A stretch of DNA of 61,959 bases, filler included, from Nemertoderma westbladi (Eukaryota > Animalia > Xenacoelomorpha): assembly GCA_032718475.1 (NCBI GenBank). It is 3 parts of 3 records of this genome, joined end to end, with 100 filler letters (N's around TTAATTAATTAA, not from the genome) between each part and the next. Parts side by side here need not be neighbours in the genome. Positions count along the whole stretch, not along the records: positions 47,728 to 61,959 come from JAUCBJ010008247.1; 2 more parts are not named here. One strand, 5' to 3'. Position 1 is the first letter of the stretch. Each line of letters opens with the position of its first letter. The notes beneath the pieces were generated by a model that saw nothing but the letters and a program-made list of their open reading frames with translations, did not search any database and was not told the DNA's origin. Positions 49,923-61,959 of the stretch are shown here, in pieces. The translations under genes were made by a program, and so were the position numbers.

Positions 49923-52900
49923 CTATTTGTTCGGACACTTGCACCTTATTTTTACAGTGACGGTGCGCACTATATTTTGTACATCCGGGTGTATGTGCAA
50001 GATGACTCCGGTCTCCCAATATTTTCTCTTGACAACTGGTTCGGTTATTAATATGTTGTCTCCTCTTTGGAGGCTCCGAACTGTTTTGTACCACTTCGCT
50101 CTGGTGGATATTGTGGGAAGGTAATATTCCCGCCAATATTCCCAGAATGTGTATGCTACAAACTGTGTTATTTTCCAGCTCTTTCGACTATATAGGTCGG
50201 CACCAATGGGTTCTGATGCCGGCACAAGAAACGCTGGACTCTGCATTAGCAAATGATTTGGTGTTAATGCGACACCGTCGGGCAACATAGCTATCGGCCT
50301 CAAGTTCAAGGTATGCTCGATTTCGATGAAAGCTGTTACCAGCTCGTCGTCGGTAAGTTGTTTATTTACAGGCAGTGTTTTAGCGATGGCCTGTTTTATG
50401 GAGCGAACCAAACGCTCCCAACTTCCTCCTCTCCAGGGACTTTCTGGAGTGATAAATTTCCACTCCACTCTTTGCGGCAAAAGTGCTGCAGAGATTTCTC
50501 TGTTCTGCGCCGCCCTATGAGCCACGTTCAACTCGCTATTCCCTCCGACAAAGTTAGTGCCCTTGTCGGAGTAGAACGCCTTTACTAGTTCTCTCCTGGC
50601 CATAAATCTCTTTAAAGCCAGGAGCAGAGATATGGCTCTACTAGCCATACATATCAGTAGCAGGCCCCATCTCTTGTGGGTCAGCCGTCCACTCTTTGCC
50701 TCAATCGGGCCAAAGCAGTCCACCCCTGTATTTGTGAAGGGTGGGTCATATGCCTGCACTCTCGCTTCCGGGAGTTCAGCCATCTCCTGTTCCAATACAC
50801 TGGCATTCACTCTCTTGCAAACCAGACAGGCGTTGTACATAGTACCTACCGCCCTGCTTGGCTGCAACAGAATGAATCGCTGTCTCGCTGCCGACAAACA
50901 GTGTAATCTTCCCGCGTGATGCAGCCTCTTATGTATATCCCACGAATCGCTCTTTGCAATTCTATTGGGTGACTAGAGATTATCACTGGGAACCTAAACT
51001 ATGAGTTTATGTCGACAGTCTGGATTCTCGATCTATGACAAATCAAACCCTTATGGATTAATGGACTCCATATTTTGAGGGGTTTATAGAGAACTGGTCG
51101 TTGAGCCGATAATAGATAGAATTCTTTCGGGAAGGCACACATTTGATAATGTCTCAAATGCTTTAATTCCGCTTGATCAATATCATCCTCTGTCAGAGGT
51201 TGTTTCAATTTCTAAATTCGCTCAATATTAGTGCTCGTTTGTTCTCCTAAATGTTTCGAATGTTTTAAACAAAGGTACGAAACGTATCGGCTTAACCAGG
51301 CAGTTCTTTTACAAATTGTCAGCGAAGAGGCGGACGAATTTAGTAATTTGTCATAAATACTACATGGCTCTAATGCCAGCAACGGTTGCCCATTAGCCAA
51401 TGGAAGTTTCAAATCCAAACCCGCAAGTTTGGAAACCGAAGGCTCCATCTTGTCAGTCATTTTCTGTCCAGTCCGTCACTTACTAATTGTGACCCTTGTG
51501 TAGTCTGTAAGGGTGGTTTTTTGTCATAACTTACCCTTCTGGACCTCGTAGTCACATAAGTCTCGTGGTCTGATAGGTCTCCAGGCCACTCCAATGACTC
51601 TTCAGGCCGCTCCAATGACTCTTCAGGCCGCTCCAATGACTCTTCAGGCCGCTCCAATGACTCGAGTTTGGCTTTCGACTTAGACTTGGAAACCTTCTCC
51701 ACTTTGACCTCTGCATCTATTGGCATCGGATTGGTCACGATCTTCAGTCGCTCTGGCCAATGCTCCTGTGTCCTCGTTAGAAACTCAGGTCCATGTAACC
51801 AAAACTCATGGGATTCTTCGTGACAGAATTCCACCGGCATAGCACCTCTCGAAGTTATGTCAGCCGGGTTTAACACTCCCGGACAATGTCTCCATTGTTC
51901 CTTTGTCGAAAAGTCGACGATCTGAGCGCGTCTGTTGGCCACAAATGTCTTTAGCGCAATATTGTCAGCTGCAATATACACTAGCACTAAGGATGCGTCC
52001 GTCCAATAAAATAATGTCAAGGTCGTGTCTAACTCCTCTATTATCTACTTACTTACCTCGACCGAGACTACTACCGCCTGCAACTCTGCGCGAGGGACAG
52101 TCATGTATTTGACCGGCATTGTCTTTGTTCTAGAAGTCACAAAGGCCGTCTCAAACTTATCCTGACTTACCTCAAGGCGGAGGTAGGCTACCATACCAAA
52201 GCCAGTGTCACTTGCGTCACTAAATAAGTGCAGTTCCAAATCAGCTGGGAATACCAGCTGATTCTGAAAGTAGGAGCGGGGTACATCTATATTTTTCAAT
52301 AGATGCAACTCGGCTTCCCACTCTCTCCACTGCTTTGCATGTATAGGGGATATTGGCTCGTCCCACTCTAGGTCGGACAGCCAGATTTTCCTCATACATA
52401 TTCGTGCCTGTAATATTACCAGACTGATAAAGTTCATCGGGTCAAATAGTCTACTACTAAGCATAGCAGTATCCCTATTAAGTAGTTGTTTAGGTTGGGA
52501 CCATCCATTAACTCTGAGTTCAGGGACATACCTCTATAGACTGCTGCGCAGTCATTGACTACTCGGACCTTATCTGGTTTGTCGGGGGAGTCACATAGTG
52601 GTGTGGGAGGTATTAAGTCTGATCCGTCACTAACTCGGGGTTCTCTACCTTCCCAGCAAATCCCTTCGCAAAATAGTTGTTGATCTGGGCGCAATACTTC
52701 TCCCTAACAACTTGATTCTTTAGCAACCGAGCCCTTACTCCGTTCAATCTTTTCAGGGCCAAGTTGTAATTGTTCTTCAACTTAGGGGGTTGTCGACGCC
52801 ACAACATTCCAACTTCAAAATGTCCTGTCAGTAGCAGACGTATGGTGTCTTCCATCATCTCTAGCGACCGTTTCTCATCAGTGGACATGGTTAGGTCATA

Positions 52901-55900
52901 GCCACCGGGTTCCATCGCGTCCCTATCCAGCCATTCAACGGTTCTAGCTCCTGTCTCTAGGTCCTGGCGTATCAGTTCCTTTTGTAATTCCTCTTGACTG
53001 AATTGGAAAATGTCGAGGTCTCGATACTTAGCCACCTGACCCTCCACTATATTGGTATAAGTCAAAACGTTACTCAATTAAGTGGCGTGGGCCACTGAAC
53101 CAGACCCATGGGTCTGATAACAGTAGTCCTCGGGTTCACTATCTCTCCGGTCGTTGTAGAGTGGTTCCGACAATCTAACATTATCGGGAATCAACTCCTC
53201 GTCCGACTCACTAAAGTCACTATAGTGGTCAATACAGGTTCTTCTAAACTCGTCTACGTCGGTGGTTCTACTAACGGTTGTTGAGTTATCGGTTGTAATT
53301 CGTCCTGTCTATCCTTTAGCTTGTCGCCACCTGAAAACTCTTAGGACATGGGCACTCGTGTATACCAACCTAATATAGTCCTATGGGCGTGTGGCCCATT
53401 TACATGTGGCTCAGCTGGTCTCGTTTCCCATATATGGTGCGCAATCAGCTGTTCTGCTACAATTAACATAGACACATTCCTATAACCCACCTGGTGTCTC
53501 GGTATTCTGAGCTTGTAAAAATACTCCTGTGCTATGGGACTCATCGGTGGCACCTTACCTAACTGCCTGCCGAACCCTTTCATAGCTAGACACTTGAATC
53601 CATCCAATGGCAACGCTCTCCGTTCTTGGCGAGTGTGCTGGTCTCTCGGGAGTAGGGAGTCTAGTTCTACTGAAATCTTATGTCCCTTAACGTCTCCTAC
53701 CCCGTGCATGGATTTTAACTCTATTTTGATTTCCTCGGTATCCCGGAAGCTGGAAACGGCTCTCGCTACTTCCACGTCTATATATGATAATGTGGACGCA
53801 GTTTCTCGATCCTTTGTCTCCAGTAAGTTTCACCGGAATCATGCTGAATATCTCTGACATGGCCAATGATAAATACGTCTGCGCGCTGGTCGATGAACTA
53901 TCCGTGGTGAACCCCTGGCAGGTTACCTCTCTCGAGCTTGCCTCACCATCCTCGTCCGACGAACGTGGTTGATACCCATCGTCTTGGATGCCAGTGTACG
54001 TATTTCTTCTTATCGTAACGGGATCTCTGCTTCCCTTCCTTTGAGGATTCCTCTGTAAATAACGGTCCGTTGGGGTATGGAAGTCCGCGTGTAGCAACTT
54101 GTGATGTAGTCTGCCACACTCCATGCATCCGTCCTTACTATTCGGGCACTGGCGCCGTACGTGACCTGGCGCAAGACATGCCCAACAGGTGTCCAACGTC
54201 CGCACTTCAACTCTTCTCTGTTCCAAAGTTAACTCTTTGAACCGTCTGCAACTGTCTAACTTATGGTCGTCAGATCTTACCTCCTTTAGTAGGCAGAATT
54301 GGCAACCTACAAATCCGTCCGGCAACTCCTGTTGCTTTACCTTAGGTCTATCTGACCATACTCGCGAGTCTGGTCTAAAGGCAGGGGTACTCGAATTGTA
54401 TTTGTCCACAGTGGTTCTGTCATCATCAAAACTTACCATTGACTTACCGGTAACAGGTTTAGACTCTCTCATATTCTCCTCTGAGAAATTTGATTTCATC
54501 TCTGCTACCGCATCTGTGGCTATCATGTCATGAATGTGTTGAAGTGTCAACACTTTATCTTGACCCTCTAATTTGTTTTCTAATTTTCGCCATTTCTGTC
54601 GGTAACGCATATTTAAACGTCTTATTATGCCCTTTAAAACTTCGGTGTGATCGCCATGATGAGGCAGATTTACCGTCCTTAAGATATCCAATGCGTTCGA
54701 AATAGCATTCTCTAAGTTCAACAGCTCCAACGGTGTTGTAATCTTTCTGCCCTTACCCAAGTCTTCCACTATCGACTGTGCCATCTTGGTTTTATTCCCA
54801 TAGATGTCGCTAAGTGTCTTCATAGCTAGTTCGAACACTCTTTCATTGCCGATGAAGTTATCAGCAATGGCTCTAGGTTCTCGTTGGAGCTCGTTGGGAG
54901 TAAAAGTGCTGTTGGTCAGCTGTTCATCTACTTAGGTTTTAAACGTCCTCCAATGTTTATGGTTACCCATAAACTTATGGGGTTGTTGCGTCGGCAATCC
55001 CTGCCTAGCGGCAAACTTACCTATGACTCTAAGGGTTGCGTCATTCCGGGTTAACAAGTTGTTTAGTTCAGCAGGGTTGTTAAGTCTGGTCCTTTCCCGG
55101 GGATTCATACTTACCTGCTCCGCGTCGGTCCTTCTTTCCTTCCGGTTTTGGGACTTCTGACGTCTCAATTCTTCCTCTCCATCGCTCAAGTCTGTGTCGG
55201 TCCTCAGTGCTCGCATCAGTTTACGCGCCGAGGCCCTAACCCAAGCCTCTTGTATAAATCTTTCCGCCGAGTGTTCGAAATCGGGATTGTGGATCATAGG
55301 GATGGGCGTTCTTACCTGAGGTCTTTGTGGTATTGTTGCCTCCGATATACGTACTCGTTGGCCAGGTTGGACTCTGTCTAGTTCTTGCCTGCTAGGATTA
55401 GAATTACTTCTTACCTGAGCTGCTTCCTTTAACTGTAGGTTACTAAGCATGTCCATTATAGGTTGGATGTGCGGCGATATAGCTTGCGCTAAACTGGCGC
55501 TTAACTCCTCCCTCGTAATAAACTCCTAATAACTCGTAATAAACTGACTCTCATATCTTCCGGTTTAACCCGGAAGTTCTCCGTCGAACTGGGTCTGCGA
55601 TCTATCCGCGTACTCCAAACCCGCGGGTTCGGTTAGCCCAATACTCGTCCTCTAGGAGTTTCTTCTATAAACTCCTCTTCGTCTCAATAATAGTTGCATC
55701 GCAGCGCGCCCTCTTGATGGCGTGGATCCTGCACGATTGGTGAAGCACTAATACCAACTGGCGTGCGATATGTAGAAAATGGTTTACCGATCCGAGTACT
55801 CATAATAGTTGGACCGGGTATAGGAATTCTGGTCGCCATCGACTCACGTATAACCGGAGTTCTCGCATCCTGTTCGGCCTTCTGCTGTGCAAACAGTTCT

Positions 55901-57260
55901 CGCAACTCGGTACCTACACTCGCCCCACATTCTTCGATCATTCGCATCCCCTTCTCGGCAATTTCATTCGCCTTCCTAGTTCATTCTTTGCTTTCTAAGT
56001 TTAATCTCGCACTTTCCAATTGCACCAGTTTGCGTTGTTCTTCTTCCCTTGCACGTCTCGCTGCATTCTCTTCTTCCAGTTGCACCTTTTCTTCGTATAG
56101 CGCGCGTTGCTCTTTCTCGCGCTCGAGTTCGCATTCCTTGCGCTCGTGTTCGAGTTGAAATTCGCGTCTCTTCTGTTCGCATTCCTTGGCTTCCCGTTCG
56201 CGTTCGAGTTGGAGTTCGCGTTCCTTCCATTCACATTCCTTCTGTTCGCATTCCTTCTGTTCGTGTTCACACTCGAGTTCGCGTTCGCATTCCTTCTGTT
56301 CGCGTTCGCGCTCGAGTTGCAGTTCGCATTCTTCCTGTTCGCGTTCGGCTTGCTCATGCTTACTTATGTCCTCCAACTCACGCAGCTTTGCATCTAACTT
56401 CCGTTTGCGCTCCCTTTCTCGTTCGGCTTCCTTCAATGCCTCCGCCGCACGTAAAACCTCTGCCTCTTGTTCGTCTAATTGTCGTCTTCTCTCCTCTGCC
56501 AAGTTGTGAAAAACTAGGGATCTGGCACATATAACCTTTCCTCGCGCGTGACTAACCTGAGAATCTCCACTGTTTCTGGATGCGTCGTTGGGTGGAGTTA
56601 ACGTCCTCTGTTGGATATTCTCCGTTGTCGGTAACACCTGACCCGGTACTACAACTCCACTCTGCATCAACCAGCTGGTGACTTCCCTCTGGTATCGTCG
56701 CCCTTCCTTGCCTTGAGTCTCTCCCCGCTCCACTAAGTTCCTAACTCCACGTCACTTACCTGAGTCACCTGCGCTTGCGATGCCCATAGCAACCAGTTCT
56801 CTGTCCTAACTCGTCGGAATCGCTCCGATAACGCGCGGTGCTCCAACAAGGCCGATAGATCCCTGTTGTAGACCTTCGTCGCTGTGTCACTCAACTGAGA
56901 CTCCACTGCTCTCTTCGCTAGGACTGCAAGCTCCTCTGTCTGCCTAAATAACGCTGAGTTATATCCCTTTCTAAGTTCTACTAACCCTTCCCTTCCGATG
57001 TTACTGGAGTCGGCTAGCATCTTCCTTACCTTGTCCGTCGTCCGGGTTATATGTCCGGCATGCGCACGAAGTTTCTTCTTTATCTCGATGTCCAATTCTC
57101 TCTCGATTACCTGACTCACACTCGGTGGACTTGAGGGATTATTACGGGAACTATGGGTACTCCTTACAGCCACTGGGTCCACGGCACTTACCATACCCAC
57201 AGGTCTGGAAACCTGGCTCTGGGCTCTCGCTCCTGCTACACTACCTTCCTTATCACTCAC
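49923..57260 (-). pseudogene. BEL/Pao gag-pol (family D), defective; RT core deleted near 52460
   Basis: E/R/C-rich coiled coil, HKFMGN, CWACLAPGHVRRQC, CMECGRLHHKLLH, KVRVVNDC running directly into SRLFDP, FSDAS RNase H, and DCFGP/SDKGTNF/WERL integrase. Confidence 0.95.
51589..51663. repeat. In-frame 21-bp tandem repeat (ESLERPE) inside pol
   Basis: CTCCAATGACTCTTCAGGCCG, about 3.5 copies. Confidence 0.9.
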
Positions 57261-57823
57261 CTCTGGCCGGGCTGCTGTGCAATCCTTCCTTACAGTAGCG
57301 GTAGGGGATCCTAATATTATTAACTCACCTTGATCTTCCTCACGTCCCTGTCACTGTCACGTCCTCCTGTTCACTTACGTCAGCATCACTCGCTGTGTCG
57401 TCATAGTCGGCATTGTCATCAACAGTTATGTCTATACTGTTATCAGTCAGTGGTACGGCCGCCGTCTCATAACTGTCCTCTAGTGCCTCCTTCTCTGAGA
57501 CACTCATTGCTCAAAGTATATAATTATTTGCCTTCCAGCTAAAATCTCACAAAATTCGAGATGTATATAATTTAATCGAAAATACGATTAAATTATTTGT
57601 CAAATAATTATTTTGGTCTCAAATGCCAAAATACGAAAATAAATTCACAATATAATATTTGAATTTAAGTATATAGTTATAGTAAATACCGGTATAATAT
57701 TTAAACGAAAATATGTGGCTCTATAGCTATTATACAGCATTTAAATACCGGTATGACACAAAAATATTTTCTGAATCTAATTCAACAAATTCAATAATGA
57801 ATTAGTCACCCAAATATTTCTAA

Positions 57824-58486
57824 TGTGACGGGATCTACGGATCCCGGTTTATCCGTTTGGGTTTTCGATCTACGCGTCCCCGCCGTGTATGTGAGAAAAG
57901 GGGTTAGTTAAGACTTCTGATGTTCGGTAATATGTATAAAGGTATAATATAGTTGATATAGCACAGTTGAATGGATGACACGGTTACCGGTAGATAAGTA
58001 TTACATAAAGTGGTAGTAGCAGACGGTGATAGAAGTTCCCGTTCCGCCCTAACTGCACTGACTAGCTAAAGTGAGCAAATAACACGGTTACTGGTAATAT
58101 ATTGCACCAGGTTTGGCCGCATTACATTACTCAGCCGATGCCTTCCCCCCATTGGCTAATAACTCACTTCTCACCCTCCCATCTCCCTGGGAGTGCTTCC
58201 CCCCCGCTGCTGTCTCTCTCTCCATCCCGGAGGTGTAACCTCTGACCCCCGCTGTGTGTGTTCCCTTGGGGCCTGTTGTCCCCGCTTATTGGGGTGACAC
58301 GAGGTTGATTGGTAATCAACCTCGTGCTCCCAATATTGCTTAAAACCAACTTTGTGTGGGCCTGGTTAGCGGAATTGAATACGCTAACATCTAACTTTAT
58401 ATATATAGCTCAAAATCAACGTAATTTTATTTTTAAATATTATATGTATATCCACTAGTGTGTGGCTACACCTTCAGGTTGCGACA
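57824..58486 (-). mobile_element. Putative LTR of BEL/Pao family D (663 bp)
   Basis: Minus strand TGTCGC...GTCACA, preceded by the purine tract GGAGAGAGAGAGAG (58487-58500). TATA-like element near 58400 and TGGGTGAC 11 nt downstream. No second copy seen. Confidence 0.55.
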
Positions 58487-61400
58487 CTCTCTCTCTCTCC
58501 AACTGAGCGATCCAAAACACCATGACCAAACCTAACTATCCTAACTAATAAATTGAGTTCAGTTTCGCAGTTAAACGACCGGTAATTTTTTACTGCTTCC
58601 ACAAACACAATGGTACCAACAGAACAACTAATCTTATTTGCTGTGAGATTCCACGTCCGCGTCCAAAGTTTCAGTCTCGTAACTGATTGCAAACCGAACC
58701 CGCAGGCCCAGACAAACCCCAAGCTCAGAAGCTCTGTATCGCCATGTATCTCCAGATGGTATAAAATAACTAAGTGGTTATCTAACATATCGGTACAAAA
58801 ACTCTAGATTTTATTATATAAAATTTTGGCCGAAACTGAATTCTCACAAACCTAGCTAAAATTTCAAATAACTTACTAATTTACAGTTTACCCTAACGGC
58901 CCAAATGAATTACTGTATTTTGCGATTAGTAAACGCACAATATATCTCGTAGTACAGCAAATAAAAATCGTGTCTTACTGTTAAAGTACAGTAAAAAAAA
59001 TAATGTGTCTTACTGTTAAACAAGCGCGATCAGGAGCGCGTTATTACTGCTGTCAACCTCTAAACACAAAATTGCTTCTTACCACTGGATTGCGCTAACC
59101 AGGCCGTCCACTAATATGTTTTACAAATTTTTCTATACGGCTCCTACAAAATTGCTTGCTCCTTTCTCTATCGATTGCTCGACAGAGAGCTAACTGTTCG
59201 AATCTATGAGCCATGCGGGAATAACCAAAACAATATTCCTGAATCGGCTCCCTAGGCAACTTAAAATGAGTGTGAGTGGCTACACTCGGCATTCACTTAC
59301 TGCCTTATCGCAAAATACTGGAATTCACTAGCAGAATTGTTGAATGTGAGAATGTTTTAATAACCTACCAGGACCAGTTCTGGTACTTTATTTGGAGTCT
59401 AAACTTGCCTTCGGCTGGCTTTAGGCCAGCAAGTAGCCTGTTGCCCCACTATTTTCAAATAACCGCCCAGCATGAATAGTCTACAGTATTCTAAACAATT
59501 ACTTAAACTACTCTCCGCTATGCTGCGTACAAATTCTTATTTTATTTTATCACTAAATTAATTACGTCATAAATACGGAATTGCGTACTAATTACTAGAT
59601 GTTCCAGAATACGTAGTTCTAATTTATTACGTACTGGGTTATACTATCAACAGCCTAAATACTGTATTATTTTGACCTAATCAGCAATCATTAAAGCGTA
59701 AACTAAGAAATAGAAATCAATCAAGGAAACGGCGCCTATCTAAGCATTCACAATTAAGAATCAGGCACACTTTAGCAATAACACAAATAGCATAGCAATA
59801 AGCTAGTAGTACGGTACTGCGCTAACCACCGCTTGTTAACTTGTGCACTAAAACCACACAGTAGCATATCAGCATACCAGTATATCAACTTAACAGTTGA
59901 TAATTGGCAGTGTGCAGTGTAAGACACGAAGGCCACCACTGGCTACATATAGGCTTCCTAACTAACCCCAAGTTCTGCCCCCTAACACTACAAAGTAAAG
60001 ACAAAATCTGGATCGTCAGCCCCTTAATACTGTAACGACGGTAGGTCCTCATTCCCCACTGACTAACCCCAACCGCAATGGTGACCCCCCGCCAGCGTTG
60101 CCCCGTTTTGAATCCTCTCTTCACTCCCTTCGTCGCTTCCCCCCAGTGCGCCCGCCGCGCCTACCGGTACTTTAGCCCTCCATTAGAACAAATAGTTACC
60201 GTATCGGCGCTTGCATTCGCAAACAGTCTGACAGTCTAAAGAAATCCCGTAGGATTATCGCGTCTTAAATCACATAGAAACTAGCAATCAAAGGTGGGAA
60301 TCATAGTTTGAGATTGTAATTTGCAGTAATCATTGATAATTGAAAAAGAACAGCAAAGAATTCAAATCAGAAATTACAAAAGGGCACTAGTGTGTTATAG
60401 CTACACCCCCCTCCAAATTTTTATTACTAGCTAGTTTTTGCTATTTCTTTTTTTTGAAATGTTCTAGAACATGAAATACATTTGAAAAAAAATAATAAAA
60501 TGTTCTAGAACAAATATTTTTTGTTCTAGAACAATATTTAAAAAAATTCAAAAAATTAATGTACTATTTTTCTTTTTTTATAATGTTATAGAACATGTTA
60601 GCTATTCAGAACTAGAAAAAAAAAGTTATAGAACAAATAGTTTTTGTTCTAGAACAGTTCAAAAAAAATGAAATTTTTTTTTTAATTTTATTGTTTCATA
60701 TAATTTTTAATCGTTGCTGGCAAGATGGGTTTTTTTTTGGGGGGGGGGGGGGGGGTGGGGTAGCTAGTATTTTTTTAATAGCTAATTAAAATTAAAAATT
60801 CACTGTATTGAGGTCATTATATTCAGAAATTAATGATAGTTACCTAGATAAATTAATGATTAATGCTTAGAATACATACATACTATATACTGGAGGAAGG
60901 GCGATCTATAAAGACAACACACTACCTCCTATATGACAATGATAATGGTTAAAACAAAAATACACACCATTCCCGGTAGTACCAGTAGTGTATTTTCAGT
61001 ATTAATTTTCAGTGACAATTACTGCTTACTGCTAAACTTACACTATAAAACTATTCTGGAACATCAGTTTCTATCACAAATTGCTCTCAAAACAGCATTA
61101 ACAAAGTTCTTGTTGCTTTGAGCGCAAGTGCACACTTAAAATTCGAATAAAAAAAATTGCTCAAACTAATTATTCCAGAAATCGCTCGATTTGGTATTGG
61201 GACAATACAAACTATCATTCAAAGAAATAAAATTGCGTCCGTACGCTACTTTAAGGTTGTTGTATTGGGTGACTAAGGGCGTCTCCTGGACTAGTAAGGC
61301 TACATACTATACAAAAATGGATAAGATCTATAAACTTGATATTTTATTTTCCCTATGGCTAATTACGGCTGTATGTCATTATGGCTTATCTAAATATTCT

Positions 61401-61736
61401 ATACTGTATAATGGGCTGATAATAGTACACAGCGCCATATATCGTAACACACTGTAAAAGTGTTACTGGTACTGTACTAGTGTTGCCCGTTTCACCATTA
61501 TTCTGCATTTCATAATAGCTGTTTTTGGTTGACATCCAAAAATATCAAAATACAAAAAAAATTCCAAAACATAATGTTTTGGGCTATTGAATTATGTTTT
61601 ATATATATATTATTATATATAATATTATATATATATATTATTATATATATATATTATTATATATATATTTTATATTATATTATTGTTTATTTTTTATAAA
61701 ATAACACAAAATCTTATTTTGTTGATGCCATTTCAG

Positions 61737-61959
61737 ATGCCATTACACCAACGCATGTGGTAGAAGTAAAATGTCCAACATCAAAAGATGCCATTCAAAA
61801 ATCTTATCTTACACAATCGAATATTGTAAGCGCTAAATTCATGGCACAAATCCAACTTCAAATGCATCTTTGCAATAAACAATGGGCCTTGTTTTGCGTC
61901 GCAGATCCATCTTTTGAAATAAACGGCGAAGTGAAAATAGTTGAAGTATCATATGATTC
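61737..61959 (+). CDS. Exon encoding a YqaJ/lambda-exonuclease-like PD-(D/E)XK domain (runs off the window)
   Basis: After TTTCAG| the frame reads DAITPTHVVEVKCP...KFMAQIQLQMHLCNKQWALFCVADP. EVKCP and QIQLQM are YqaJ hallmarks. Absent from the supplied ORF track. Confidence 0.78.

Overview
Repeat-dense, AT-rich eukaryotic DNA, most likely from an invertebrate animal. It comprises three contigs joined by artificial 100-bp spacers (44 N + TTAATTAATTAA + 44 N at 21866-21965 and 47628-47727), so adjacency across those spacers is not established. Contig 1 carries a two-exon Fos-family bZIP gene on the minus strand. Its last 23 coding nucleotides appear to have been amplified into a 4.4-kb minisatellite, and its intron is built from copies of its own splice-acceptor junction. 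The rest of contig 1 is decayed LINEs, a young RTE LINE and several nested non-autonomous DNA transposons with readable TIRs and TSDs. Contig 2 is a nest of BEL/Pao LTR retrotransposons. A 10-kb three-LTR unit bounded by an AAAAC TSD sits inside the extra 3' ORF of a second BEL/Pao family. That unit contains a host-like four-TM gene, an accessory zinc-knuckle ORF in the env position, and LTRs carrying arrays of two covarying RNA hairpin motifs, one of which recurs inside gag. Contig 3 holds a third decayed BEL/Pao element (minus strand) and ends in a YqaJ/lambda-exonuclease-like exon. All calls were made by eye without database searches.
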